Shown here: in pieces, positions 40,254 to 49,918 of the stretch | How the letters are laid out: each line of letters begins with the position of its first letter | Numbering within the stretch: position 1 is the first letter of the stretch | DNA from: Bacilli bacterium | Lineage (GTDB): Bacteria; Bacillota_I; Bacilli_A; RF39; UBA660 | Assembly (NCBI GenBank): GCA_017406955.1 | Contig: JAFQXM010000003.1 | Location: 14,527-78,526, forward strand | Direction: 5' to 3' | Length of the DNA: 64,000 nucleotides | Position numbers and translations under genes: made by a program | Notes under the pieces: model-generated | Told to the model about the DNA's origin: nothing | Database searches by the model: none | The model's input: only the letters and a program-made list of their open reading frames with translations

Positions 40254-41552
40254 TTAAACAAGTTCTCCTAAAACTTTCTCCATCTCTTTACTCTCTTCTT
40301 CTGTTAAGTTGTTATTTTTAAGTTCTTTATCAAACCACGCAGGTGTATCGTTCTTGATAGTATTAGCAGTCTTTCTATTAGATTTATTAAGTAATTTTTT
40401 ATTCTTTTTGTGCTCTTTTTCTGTTATTCTCATTGCTTCTTCTACTGTTTCAATATTTAATCTCTTCCATTGACCCGCAACAGTTTCAACATAACTTTTA
40501 TTTAATTTTTCATCATTTATTTTTAATACATAAGCTATTAATACATTTACTACTCCAGGATTTAATTTTTGATCAATAAGTAAATTTTCTATTAATCTTT
40601 TATCTCTAGTAGTAGGTTCAGCTCCTTTATATTTGGCCTTTAAAAATTCATATGGAGTCAAGTTTTCAAAAGTATATACCATTTTGGCCCATTTAGAACT
40701 ATCTCCTTTAGGTTTTTTTAAATAATCTGGTTGTTTATTATATATTAATGTAGGTAGATTCCCAGAAGATGAAAATTGATAATAATTACGACATGATTTT
40801 CTTAAATTAACTTTATCAATATGTCCCTTTTCATTAATAGAGTCTCTTACTAATCCTTGCATTGCAAAAGTATCTAAACTATATACAAAACTTAAATTAT
40901 TTATTAATTCTTTAACATCTTTAGTAAAACATTTATCACTAATCATAGATTTTGGTATACTAGATATTAACATATTAAAATCTATTCCTTTAGTTATATT
41001 AATACTATTTGAATTTCTATTTTGAACATCATCATTTGTTTCTAATACATTTCCCTTAACTGATGAAAATACTTCATCAAAATTTGATGTAATATCATTA
41101 TAATCTTTTAGATTAATACGTGGTACTTTATAATAGTTCACTATTTTATCATACTCTTTTTTTCCTATATTATTATATAAAACAATATTTAATATAGGGT
41201 GATTGAAGAATTCATGGGCTGTAATTGGTGAATAAAGTAAATATACATAATGATTTATATTACCACTTTTAACATAACTTTTTATAAGACCTATAGCTTC
41301 TAGCTTCTCTCTAGCTATAACTATATCTTCTAATCTTAATTGCATAGTAGACATTAAATGATGATGTGTTAAATCATTACTCATAATTTCTAATTTATCT
41401 AAATCATCGATTAATGTAAAATATAGTGATACAGCAGTATATCCTATAATTGGTTGATATAACATACTTATTAGTTTTTTATCATTATCATTTAATACTG
41501 TCTTATTAATAACAGTATAAGTATCTGCTGGTAATATAGTAATATTTTTCAT
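40254..41552 (-). CDS. dnaB: Replication initiation/helicase loader DnaB (Bacillus type)
   Basis: LYQPIIG..A..LY, LEAIGL and VVNVLI.YV...Y.ETVA..W motifs. Confidence 0.85.
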   Translation of the reverse strand: MKNITILPADTYTVINKTVLNDNDKKLISMLYQPIIGYTAVSLYFTLIDDLDKLEIMSNDLTHHHLMSTMQLRLEDIVIAREKLEAIGLIKSYVKSGNINHYVYLLYSPITAHEFFNHPILNIVLYNNIGKKEYDKIVNYYKVPRINLKDYNDITSNFDEVFSSVKGNVLETNDDVQNRNSNSINITKGIDFNMLISSIPKSMISDKCFTKDVKELINNLSFVYSLDTFAMQGLVRDSINEKGHIDKVNLRKSCRNYYQFSSSGNLPTLIYNKQPDYLKKPKGDSSKWAKMVYTFENLTPYEFLKAKYKGAEPTTRDKRLIENLLIDQKLNPGVVNVLIAYVLKINDEKLNKSYVETVAGQWKRLNIETVEEAMRITEKEHKKNKKLLNKSNRKTANTIKNDTPAWFDKELKNNNLTEEESKEMEKVLGELV

Positions 41553-41638
41553 AATTTCACCTTCTTATATCCCTAATAGTTATATAATACACTATTTCAG
41601 AAAAAAATAAAAGAAATAGATTTCTATTTCTTAATATC

Positions 41639-42076
41639 TTATTTTGGATCTAACTCTAAAACTTCTATTTCTTCTACAACAGCCATTTGCTGTTCCATAA
41701 TAACTTTTAATTTTCTTTTAAATATTTTCATGTTTCTTTCTAAAGTATCTGCTTGATTTTCTATTTTTTCTGCTCTTAATAAAGCCTCATTTACAATACG
41801 GCTAGCATTATTCTTAGCATCTTTTACTATTAATTCATGCTCTTCTCTAGCCATTCTTTTGATATTATCCCCAGTTTCTTCAGCTTTAATAATGGCAGTT
41901 TTTAAAGTATCCTCAAGTGATTTATAATGAGTAAGTTCTTTTCTTAATTTTTCTATTTCACTACTTTGTAATTTACATCTTTTTATGATTCCTTCTGTTT
42001 GCTTAATTACATCACTTATAAACTTATTTACTTCACTGCGATTATATCCATCTTTTTCGTAACTAAATTTTTCCAT
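41639..42076 (-). CDS. divIVA: DivIVA domain protein
   Basis: F.....GY...EV..F N-terminus plus coiled coil; downstream of sepF. Confidence 0.8.
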   Translation of the reverse strand: MEKFSYEKDGYNRSEVNKFISDVIKQTEGIIKRCKLQSSEIEKLRKELTHYKSLEDTLKTAIIKAEETGDNIKRMAREEHELIVKDAKNNASRIVNEALLRAEKIENQADTLERNMKIFKRKLKVIMEQQMAVVEEIEVLELDPK

Positions 42077-42101
42077 ATAATCACCTCATGAAATTATTTA
42101 A

Positions 42102-42521
42102 TTAAAAGTCGAAATCATCATCCTTATCTTTTTTTGTTTTAGAAGATTTTGTTGATGCATTTTCATCACTAATTTTTCCTTCTACATCAACATTATTTGG
42201 AGTACATAAGAAAATTCCTCCACCTAACTTTTGTAGATTTCCACCTATTGCATATAATGTTCCACTCAAGAAATCTACAATTCTTTTAGCCTGATCTGGC
42301 GTAACTCTTTTTAAATTTACAACAACTGCACTTCGTGCTTTTAAATAATCTGCAATTTGTTGACTTTCAGAATATGCACGTGGTTCTAAAAGCATCATTC
42401 TAGAACCTGCTACCCCATTTTCTTCATGATATTTACTTCTAGATTTATCATAATATTCTTCTTCTGCTGTTGCTTCTTCGTCTTCACTTCCAAAAAAGTT
42501 TTTTAATTTATCTAATGCCAT
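42102..42521 (-). CDS. sepF: Cell division protein SepF
   Basis: [20 protein letters not shown] and FLCTP motifs. Confidence 0.95.
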   Translation of the reverse strand: MALDKLKNFFGSEDEEATAEEEYYDKSRSKYHEENGVAGSRMMLLEPRAYSESQQIADYLKARSAVVVNLKRVTPDQAKRIVDFLSGTLYAIGGNLQKLGGGIFLCTPNNVDVEGKISDENASTKSSKTKKDKDDDFDF

Positions 42522-42586
42522 ATTTATTCCTCCATTTATTTTGCTATATCTATTTTATCACATTTCCTCTAAAAGAAAAAGTTTTT

Positions 42587-44608
42587 TTAATTATTTACAG
42601 TGTTATTAGTATTAATAAAGCGTTGATTAGACACATTATTTGCATTACTCATAAACTGTTGGTTTGCTATATTACTATTGACTTGTGTTTGAGTTACTAC
42701 ATTTGCATTACTAACTTGCTGTTGATTAATAACATTATTATATGCTGCTTGTGTTGCTACATTCTTTATTGCACCTGTATTTATACTGTTGCTTTGCTGA
42801 TTATTAAGCATTGAATTTATTTCATTTGTTGCTTGATCGTTATTTTTATACCATACTTCTTCTAAGTTTACATTATCAGAAAGTGGTCTTGGATTAGCTA
42901 GTGGTATATACATAGCAGTTGGTACTTTAAAAGCACTACCAAAGGCTATACAATTTCCAGGTTTCAAGTTTTTTAATTGTAATACTATTTCACTAGAAAT
43001 ACTTGGTACCATATTTTTAATATAATCTAAATCCTTAGGATGAAGTATTCTTAGAATTAAGAAATTAGAACATTGTGAGATAACTGTATCAGATAATTCA
43101 CTAGGTCTTTGTGTAATAACTCCTAAGAAAATTCCATACTTACGACCTTCCTTAGTTATACGTTCAAATATATTATATCCTAAAATTTCTATATCAGTAT
43201 CGCGTTGAATATATCTATGAGCTTCTTCCACTATTATGTGATAAGCTTCACTTCCACGATTAGAATTACTTACTACTTTAGTAAACAACATTCTAGATAT
43301 TATTTTAGTAATTACTTTTGCGATTCTATCATCAACATAACTTATATTAAAATTAACAATTTGACATTTTCCACCATTCATTTTATTAGTAGTTAATTCT
43401 TTTATATATTCTTCTTTAGTTATGTATTTAGGGTAGTTAAATAGTTCTTTATATTCTCCATTAACAAGTGCGTGTAATCTAACACTGATAACGTTTGCAT
43501 AATCAAATACTTTTTCACTTTTCAAAATACCTTCACTAATTAGAGCAAAATCCATAGCATTTTCTAAATCACTTAGTGTATAAAATTTTGTCAAACTATT
43601 TGGATCTATTTCTTCAATTTCTTCACTTACATAAGTTCTAATAAATTCAACAACTAACTCCATCTCCTGCATTTTACCAGTTTTATCTATATATAAACAT
43701 TGTTTTAATGTTCTAACATATCCTGGTTGAGCTATTTTGCTCTCAAGATTTAACTCATTAGTATTAAATTTTGTTAATACTGCAGTTACTTGATCTCTTA
43801 TTTTTGTAGAATCATTACCACTTAATAATATATCTAATAAGGCTCTAGCTATTATATCATTTTTTCGTTTAATAACTTCTGCACTATTACCTGTTAAAAT
43901 AGGAACAAGTTTTAATGTTTTTTCTATTATAGGTAATTGTGTTGGTGTTGTTACATTTAACAATAAAGCTAAATCATCTACATCTAATAACCATACGGGT
44001 ATACGAATAGTTTCATTTTGACCATCATTTTGATTTGTTGTATATACTTTATAATTAATATTTGCATTAACATTATTTAATTTACTAAATGCTTGAGTAT
44101 ATTCACCAAAAGCATCAAAGAACATTATATTAGAATTTAATGGTGGATTTTCTCCTTTAGAAAATAAGTTTTGAATAATACTAGCTACAGTACAACTTTT
44201 ACCACTACCACTATTACCCAATATAGAAAAATGATTACTAAAAAAATCATTAGTATTAACATTTATTTTGTAATTTTCATATATGTTGCTGGTTCCAAAT
44301 AAAGATGTTCCTTTTCGAGTAGTTTGTTCGCCTAAAATGAATTCTAACTCTTCTGTTTTTACTAATCTAACATTTGATTTAAATGAAGGCTTATAACTAG
44401 ATCCAGGAACAAAACTATCTTCAGTTAATTCACCAACTATATTTGCTATTAATTTAGTTTGATTTATATTAACTATTTCACCAACTATTTTTTTATTATC
44501 ATTCTCAAAAACAGTATGTAAGCCAATTAAATTAGGTTGTTCATTTATATCTATGGCTAATTCTACTGTAATACAATTATCATTAATCTCTAATATATGA
44601 CCTAGCAT
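42587..44608 (-). CDS. HerA/DUF87 family ATPase with N/Q-rich C-terminal tail
   Basis: HFSILGNSGSGKS, IIVEEAHRY, KEGRKYG and TQRPSEL motifs. Confidence 0.88.
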   Translation of the reverse strand: MLGHILEINDNCITVELAIDINEQPNLIGLHTVFENDNKKIVGEIVNINQTKLIANIVGELTEDSFVPGSSYKPSFKSNVRLVKTEELEFILGEQTTRKGTSLFGTSNIYENYKINVNTNDFFSNHFSILGNSGSGKSCTVASIIQNLFSKGENPPLNSNIMFFDAFGEYTQAFSKLNNVNANINYKVYTTNQNDGQNETIRIPVWLLDVDDLALLLNVTTPTQLPIIEKTLKLVPILTGNSAEVIKRKNDIIARALLDILLSGNDSTKIRDQVTAVLTKFNTNELNLESKIAQPGYVRTLKQCLYIDKTGKMQEMELVVEFIRTYVSEEIEEIDPNSLTKFYTLSDLENAMDFALISEGILKSEKVFDYANVISVRLHALVNGEYKELFNYPKYITKEEYIKELTTNKMNGGKCQIVNFNISYVDDRIAKVITKIISRMLFTKVVSNSNRGSEAYHIIVEEAHRYIQRDTDIEILGYNIFERITKEGRKYGIFLGVITQRPSELSDTVISQCSNFLILRILHPKDLDYIKNMVPSISSEIVLQLKNLKPGNCIAFGSAFKVPTAMYIPLANPRPLSDNVNLEEVWYKNNDQATNEINSMLNNQQSNSINTGAIKNVATQAAYNNVINQQQVSNANVVTQTQVNSNIANQQFMSNANNVSNQRFINTNNTVNN

Positions 44609-44711
44609 ACAAACACCCTCTATTCTATATAAGATTATAACAAAAATTAAAGTAAAAATAAAGTAGTTTTTATCTGATTATAAAAAAAATGAAATTTTTT
44701 ATAATTTCATT

Positions 44712-45290
44712 TTAAGATTGATATAATCCATGTAATTTTTCTATATCTTCATCAGATAAATCTTGTACTTTCCATTTTCCGTTCTCTTTTTTTAAATTAA
44801 AAGTAATATCATATTTAGTTTTATCAGTAACACTTTGTAATTGTTTTATTTTATAATCAATGAAACTCGCTATTTTTTCTAGTGATTCTTCTGTTCCTTC
44901 AACTAATGAATCATCATCTTTATCTTCAAATTCATCTTTATGTTCGTTATAGTATTTTTTAGCTTTTTCTTGAGCTGTTGCATAATCTAATACTTCTATT
45001 TCAACATCAACTGTTGCATTATCTCCATTAATATCCTCATCTTTTATTTTGTAAGATAAATTTTGATATTGTTTCTCTAGAAGTGCTCGATAGTTTTTCT
45101 TTTGTTTATCACTCATATTTTCATCATCGGATATAACTTTATCAAGTTGAGCCATAACATCGCTATCCATAGACTGATACTTTCCTAAAAATTCTTCCAC
45201 TTTCTTAGTTGGAGTATCAGCCATATTACCACATCCAACCAAAAATAAAACTAATGATAATGATAATAAAATCTTACTTAATTTTTTCAT
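44712..45290 (-). CDS. Hypothetical lipoprotein (NTF2-like)
   Basis: MKKLSK...LVGC lipobox; GDNATVDV and LKKENGKWKV. Confidence 0.7.
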   Translation of the reverse strand: MKKLSKILLSLSLVLFLVGCGNMADTPTKKVEEFLGKYQSMDSDVMAQLDKVISDDENMSDKQKKNYRALLEKQYQNLSYKIKDEDINGDNATVDVEIEVLDYATAQEKAKKYYNEHKDEFEDKDDDSLVEGTEESLEKIASFIDYKIKQLQSVTDKTKYDITFNLKKENGKWKVQDLSDEDIEKLHGLYQS

Positions 45291-45337
45291 ATTATTCCTC
45301 CCATTACTATAATGAGTAAAAATAATATTTTTATACA

Positions 45338-46183
45338 TTACTTTTTATTATTCATTATTTTTTTAAATTCAATCGGTACTTTTGTTTCAAATAAAATTTC
45401 TTTCTTTATAATTGGATAATATATTTTTAATCTATTAGCATGCAAATAAAGTCTAGAATACTTAGATTTTTTATCCCCATATTTTTTATCACCTAAAATA
45501 GGATTATTAATACTAGATAAAGCTACTCTTATTTGATTCTTTCTACCTGTTTCTATTTTAATACTTAACATACTATAATCTTTATTTTTCTTTATAACTT
45601 TATAACTAGTAATAGCAACTTTTCCTTTTTTACTAACATAAACTAAATTAGTTTTAGTTTCACTTAAATTTTGTATTATAGTATCAGTATCTTTCTTAGG
45701 ATGACCACTTACTACTGCAGTATACTCCCTTAGTTTTACATATTCATTCCAATTTTCTTGTAGTTTATCTTTAATTTTTTTATTTTTAGCTAGTATTACT
45801 ACTCCACTAGTGTCTTTATCTAATCGATGTACTATAAAGACTTTAGAATATTTATTTTTACTAACTAAATACTCTCTAACCATATGATATAAAGTTTTTT
45901 CTTTTTCTTTAGTAGTTGCAATAGTAAGTAATCCACTAGGTTTATTGACTACTATAATATTAAGATCTTCAAATAATATATCAAATGGTAATTCTTTTTT
46001 ACTAGTAGTATCTACACTTATAGTCATACCAGCAACTACTTTATAATCATATTTAGTTACTTTATTATTATTTATATAAATAGATCCATGAGTTAAATAT
46101 TGCTTTATACGTTTTTTAGGTATGTCTAAGTTATTATATAAATAATTAAGTAAAGTATCATCTTTTTTAACTATAATTTTCAT
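45338..46183 (-). CDS. RluA/RluD family pseudouridine synthase
   Basis: NKPSGL, VHRLDKDTSG, TGRKNQIR and ILGDKKYG motifs. Confidence 0.93.
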   Translation of the reverse strand: MKIIVKKDDTLLNYLYNNLDIPKKRIKQYLTHGSIYINNNKVTKYDYKVVAGMTISVDTTSKKELPFDILFEDLNIIVVNKPSGLLTIATTKEKEKTLYHMVREYLVSKNKYSKVFIVHRLDKDTSGVVILAKNKKIKDKLQENWNEYVKLREYTAVVSGHPKKDTDTIIQNLSETKTNLVYVSKKGKVAITSYKVIKKNKDYSMLSIKIETGRKNQIRVALSSINNPILGDKKYGDKKSKYSRLYLHANRLKIYYPIIKKEILFETKVPIEFKKIMNNKK

Positions 46184-46192
46184 AATACACTC

Positions 46193-46984
46193 CTATAATA
46201 ATTTCTTAATAACTTTTTCTACACCTTTAGTATCATTAGAACTAGTTTTCATCTTAGCTATTTTTTTTATTTCTTTAGAAGCATTAGAAACACATACACC
46301 CATACCTACATTTTTAATAGTAGATATATCATTATCACTATCACCTATTCCAATTACTTCACTTAAAGATATTTTATTCTTAGTACAAATTTTTTTAATA
46401 CCCACTAATTTATCTACATCTTCATGAGTTATTTCTACTCCATGCATAAATTTATTATATTCAAATTTATTAATAGTTATTTTTAGTTTTAACTCTTTAA
46501 TTTCATCATATACACTATCTCTTATTTTTTTATTATCAAATAATATTTCTAGTTTATAAATATTGGTTTTATTATTTTCATAAAAACTATCAAAGTCTTT
46601 TATTAGTCTTTCTCTATCTTCTAACTCTCTTTCCTTGTTTTTACCATGTAGAATATGCCAATAATTTGTATCACAAAAACATATATCATATTCACCATAC
46701 ATCTTTTTTATTTTTTTCATTATAGATGGAAGTATATTCTTTTTATAAATTACTTTTTTATTATTAACATCATATACATAAGATCCATTACAAGCAATAA
46801 TATAGTCAATAAATGGAAAATCTCTATTATAATCTAATACTGATTTTAATACTCTACCTGTTGAGATGGTTACTAAAACATTATTCTTTCTTATACGGTC
46901 AATTTCTACCATAGTAGATAATGGAATTGCTTCATCACTATCTAGTAATGTACCATCAAAATCAGTTGCTAATAATTTATACAT
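46193..46984 (-). CDS. Cof-type HAD-IIB hydrolase
   Basis: DFDGTLL, STGR and GDSDND motifs. Confidence 0.9.
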   Translation of the reverse strand: MYKLLATDFDGTLLDSDEAIPLSTMVEIDRIRKNNVLVTISTGRVLKSVLDYNRDFPFIDYIIACNGSYVYDVNNKKVIYKKNILPSIMKKIKKMYGEYDICFCDTNYWHILHGKNKERELEDRERLIKDFDSFYENNKTNIYKLEILFDNKKIRDSVYDEIKELKLKITINKFEYNKFMHGVEITHEDVDKLVGIKKICTKNKISLSEVIGIGDSDNDISTIKNVGMGVCVSNASKEIKKIAKMKTSSNDTKGVEKVIKKLL

Positions 46985-47035
46985 AATTATCACCTAATCT
47001 TTATAAAATTATATCATAAATATATTTTAAATCAA

Positions 47036-47061
47036 AATAAAACCCTTGTTAAAACAAGGGT
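47036..47061 (-). terminator. Terminator after tRNA-Ser
   Basis: ACCCTTGTT-AA-AACAAGGGT hairpin plus U-tract. Confidence 0.7.
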
Positions 47062-47072
47062 ATTATTCATAA

Positions 47073-47163
47073 TGGCGGAGCAGGAGAGATTTGAACTCTC
47101 GCGCCGGTTGCCCGACCTACACCCTTAGCAGGGGCGCCTCTTCAGCCTCTTGAGTACTGCTCC
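47073..47163 (-). tRNA. tRNA-Ser(GCT)
   Basis: GGAGCAGTACTCAAGAGG...CCCCT-GCT-AAGGG, long variable arm, TTCAAAT, CCA. Confidence 0.95.
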
Positions 47164-47249
47164 AAGCTCTGCAAATATAATATTACATTATATTTACTTT
47201 GATGTCAATAAATATAAAGAAAAAACTCCTAATAGGAGTTACTTTCAAT

Positions 47250-47326
47250 TGGTGACGAGTACGGAATTCGAATCCGTGAATGCTGCCGTGAAAGGGCAGT
47301 GTGTTAAGCCGCTTCACCAACTCGCC
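47250..47326 (-). tRNA. tRNA-Glu(TTC)
   Basis: CTGCC-CT-TTC-AC-GGCAG anticodon arm, encoded CCA. Confidence 0.95.
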
Positions 47327-47329
47327 ATA

Positions 47330-47406
47330 TGGCGCCTCAACTAGGACTTGAACCTAGGACCCCTTGATTAACAGTCAAGTGCTCTAACCAGCTGAGCTAT
47401 TGAGGC
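47330..47406 (-). tRNA. tRNA-Asn(GTT)
   Basis: CTTGA-CT-GTT-AA-TCAAG, encoded CCA. Confidence 0.95.
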
Positions 47407-47412
47407 AATTAA

Positions 47413-47489
<77 letters not shown>

Positions 47490-47511
47490 ATAAACATTAA
47501 TACTTTATAAG

Positions 47512-47626
47512 TTTACAATACTTTTAAGCTTTTTGCAAGTAAAATTTAACTCGCACTAATAGAATACTATAATTATTATATTAAAGTCAAGAAATAATAT
47601 ACTTTTTTTTATAAAAGTATTGTAAA
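47512..47626. repeat. Perfect 15-bp inverted repeat with 85-bp spacer between divergent tRNA promoters
   Basis: TTTACAATACTTTTA (47512-47526) and TAAAAGTATTGTAAA (47612-47626). Confidence 0.8.
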
Positions 47627-47665
47627 TTTACTAATTTTGTTATAAAATAAATTTGCAAATTAAAT

Positions 47666-47741
47666 GGACTGTTAGCTCAGTTGGTAGAGCAACTGACTCT
47701 TAATCAGTGGGTCTAGGGTTCGAATCCCTAACAGTCCACCA
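47666..47741 (+). tRNA. tRNA-Lys(CTT)
   Basis: ACTGA-CT-CTT-AA-TCAGT, GGTTCGAATCC, CCA. Confidence 0.95.
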
Positions 47742-47754
47742 TTTTATAATACTA

Positions 47755-47782
47755 AGAGGAACTTGAAAAAAGTTCCTTTTTA
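47755..47782 (+). terminator. Terminator after tRNA-Lys, overlapping the next promoter
   Basis: AGGAACTT-GAAA-AAGTTCCT hairpin plus T-tract. Confidence 0.75.
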
Positions 47783-47796
47783 TGTTATTATGTATT

Positions 47797-47905
47797 TAGC
47801 AAGAAATCTTGCATAAAATAAAAAAGGAACACTTAATATTAGCGTGTTGAGTGTTACCTATAATAGGTTTCACCTAACTATGCTATAGTTAGGTGAGTTT
47901 CTTTT
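47797..47905 (+). ncRNA. Putative antisense antitoxin sRNA
   Basis: Promoter TTGAAA-17-TATTAT with extended TG (47763-47791); terminator TCACCTAACTAT-GCT-ATAGTTAGGTGA-GTTTCTTTT; convergent with a small hydrophobic ORF. Confidence 0.6.
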
Positions 47906-47987
47906 ATATTAAAACTATAAAAAGCAATAATATTAAAAGAAGGATAATTATGATTAAGGAAGATATTAATATGTCTTTCTTTTTCAT
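47904..47987 (-). CDS. Putative type I toxin, 27-aa hydrophobic peptide MKKKDILISSLIIIILLLILLLFIVLI
   Basis: Below the ORF-track cutoff; GGGAGG RBS; promoter TTGTTT-17-TATACT; single TM helix. Confidence 0.7.
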   Translation of the reverse strand: MKKKDILISSLIIIILLLILLLFIVLI

Positions 47988-48122
47988 TGTATCGCCTCCC
48001 TTCTCTTAGAAGTTTGGCCCCACCCAACTATTAAGTATTCCGAACCATAGTATACTACTAATTAACATATAAAACAACCTGACAAGATTGTTTTTTTGTA
48101 TAAAAAAGATAGCTGGGCTATC

Positions 48123-48620
48123 TTAATCATCATTTAGTATTTTTTGTTTTTCTTTTTTAAATTCTTCTCTAGTTATTACTTTATCATCTAACAATTTTTT
48201 TAGTTTATTGAGTGAATCAAACTTATCATCAAAATCCTTTTTATAACTTTTCTTTTTCCTCTTTGATTTAGTATCTTTGGAATAAAAACAATAGTTTATA
48301 AAATAAAATACCACACTAATAATGATTATAATAGCAATACAAGTTAAAAAATACACAATGTTTTCATATATAGGTTTTTCATATATAAGTGCTAACAATA
48401 AAAATAATAGACCAATTATAATTGAATTAATTAAGGAAACTTTCTTTATTATTTTGTCATCTCTTTTCTTTTTTATTAGTAAAACTACTATTGGAATAGT
48501 AAGATACATAAAATTAAAAACAACAAATGACTGAGTAGCCAATAATAAGTCTTTCATAATAATATATATAACTAACCATAATGCAATTAATAAAACAAAC
48601 GAAACATAAATTTTTTTCAT
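48123..48620 (-). CDS. Membrane protein with C-terminal SHOCT domain
   Basis: Four TM helices plus LKKLLDDKVITREEFKKEKQKIL. Confidence 0.8.
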   Translation of the reverse strand: MKKIYVSFVLLIALWLVIYIIMKDLLLATQSFVVFNFMYLTIPIVVLLIKKKRDDKIIKKVSLINSIIIGLLFLLLALIYEKPIYENIVYFLTCIAIIIIISVVFYFINYCFYSKDTKSKRKKKSYKKDFDDKFDSLNKLKKLLDDKVITREEFKKEKQKILNDD

Positions 48621-48683
48621 TACAATCACTCCGATAAAAACTTTTATAGGATTATTATATACAAACAAAAAAAGATAGTCAAA

Positions 48684-49907
48684 CTATCTTAATTTACCTT
48701 TAGAACCTTTCATTCCTTTTAAACCACCTCTAGCTGCAAATCCTTGTAAGATATTAGTATCAAAAGAATGAACTTTACTTAGTCTCTTCTTATAATCTTT
48801 AACTCCAAGATTTATCATATCATCAAGTAATGTTGTGAAATTAACATCTTTAGCATTCCATAGATAGAAAGCTAGACTTCCTGGAATAGAGTTTATTTCA
48901 TTTACATAAACTTCTTTCTTTTTATCATCTATTAAGAAATCAATTCTACAGTTTCCACCTGAACCTAAAACTTTGAATGATTTCATAGCTACTTCTTGTA
49001 CTTTCTCTTCTATATCTTTATCTAGTTTAGCAGGTAATTTTCTAAGTGCAGATGCCATTCCACCTTTTCCAGATTTAACAGGCATTTTTCCACCTTTAAG
49101 TTTGCCTTTTCCTCCTCCAACATATTTATCTTCATATGTTAAGAACTTATTTCCAGATAACACTTCTTCTATAGCACTTACTTTTTGATGTTCATAATTA
49201 CCCATAACAGCAATATTTACTTCTTTTAAGTTAGATACTACTTCTTCTACTATAATCTTTCTATCATATTGAATAGCCTCATCTATTCCTTCAACTAATT
49301 CTTCTTCATCTTTACATACTGATATTCCTACGCTAGATCCAGTAGTAGCAGGTTTAATAATAACTGGATATTTTAATTTAGAAACCTTTTTAATCACAGC
49401 TTCACTATCTTGTTTATAATCAGTATCATAAAACCATGCATACTTAGTAATAGGAAGCCCAGCTTCTTTCCAAATAGCTTTCATATATACTTTATCTTGT
49501 CCAACTACTGATCCATAAACATCACTTCCAACAAATGGAATTCCAATAGATTGTAGATATCCTTGTAATACACCATCTTCTACATTAGTACCATGTACTA
49601 TCGGGAATGCTATATCTATATCAGTTACTACTGTTTTAGGGAAAGATTTCTTTTGTAATACATAACTTCCTTTATTGTAATATAAAACTACATTCTTACC
49701 ATATTTTTTAATTAAAGATAAGTCTTGATATACTTCTATATCTTTTAACATATCTCCTGTATACCATTCGCGTGTCTTAGTAACATAAATTGGTATAACA
49801 TCATATTTTTCTTGATCCATTTTATTCATAGCTTGAAGTGCTGAAATAATACTAACTTCATGTTCTACACTTTCTCCACCATAAATAACTCCTACTTTAA
49901 TCTTCAT
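48684..49907 (-). CDS. ddl: D-alanine--D-alanine ligase
   Basis: GGESVEHEVS, HGTNVEDG, KP..GSSVG, YEDKY and NEINSIPG motifs. Confidence 0.93.
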   Translation of the reverse strand: MKIKVGVIYGGESVEHEVSIISALQAMNKMDQEKYDVIPIYVTKTREWYTGDMLKDIEVYQDLSLIKKYGKNVVLYYNKGSYVLQKKSFPKTVVTDIDIAFPIVHGTNVEDGVLQGYLQSIGIPFVGSDVYGSVVGQDKVYMKAIWKEAGLPITKYAWFYDTDYKQDSEAVIKKVSKLKYPVIIKPATTGSSVGISVCKDEEELVEGIDEAIQYDRKIIVEEVVSNLKEVNIAVMGNYEHQKVSAIEEVLSGNKFLTYEDKYVGGGKGKLKGGKMPVKSGKGGMASALRKLPAKLDKDIEEKVQEVAMKSFKVLGSGGNCRIDFLIDDKKKEVYVNEINSIPGSLAFYLWNAKDVNFTTLLDDMINLGVKDYKKRLSKVHSFDTNILQGFAARGGLKGMKGSKGKLR

Positions 49908-49918
49908 ATTATCAACTC

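Noticed and set aside
42587-44608. Calling the HerA gene a Nezha or HerA-DUF4297 defence system
   Set aside because: No Sir2 or nuclease partner is adjacent; the flanks are a lipoprotein gene and sepF.
47150-47344. 64-aa plus-strand ORF
   Set aside because: It is antisense to tRNA-Ser, tRNA-Glu and tRNA-Asn.
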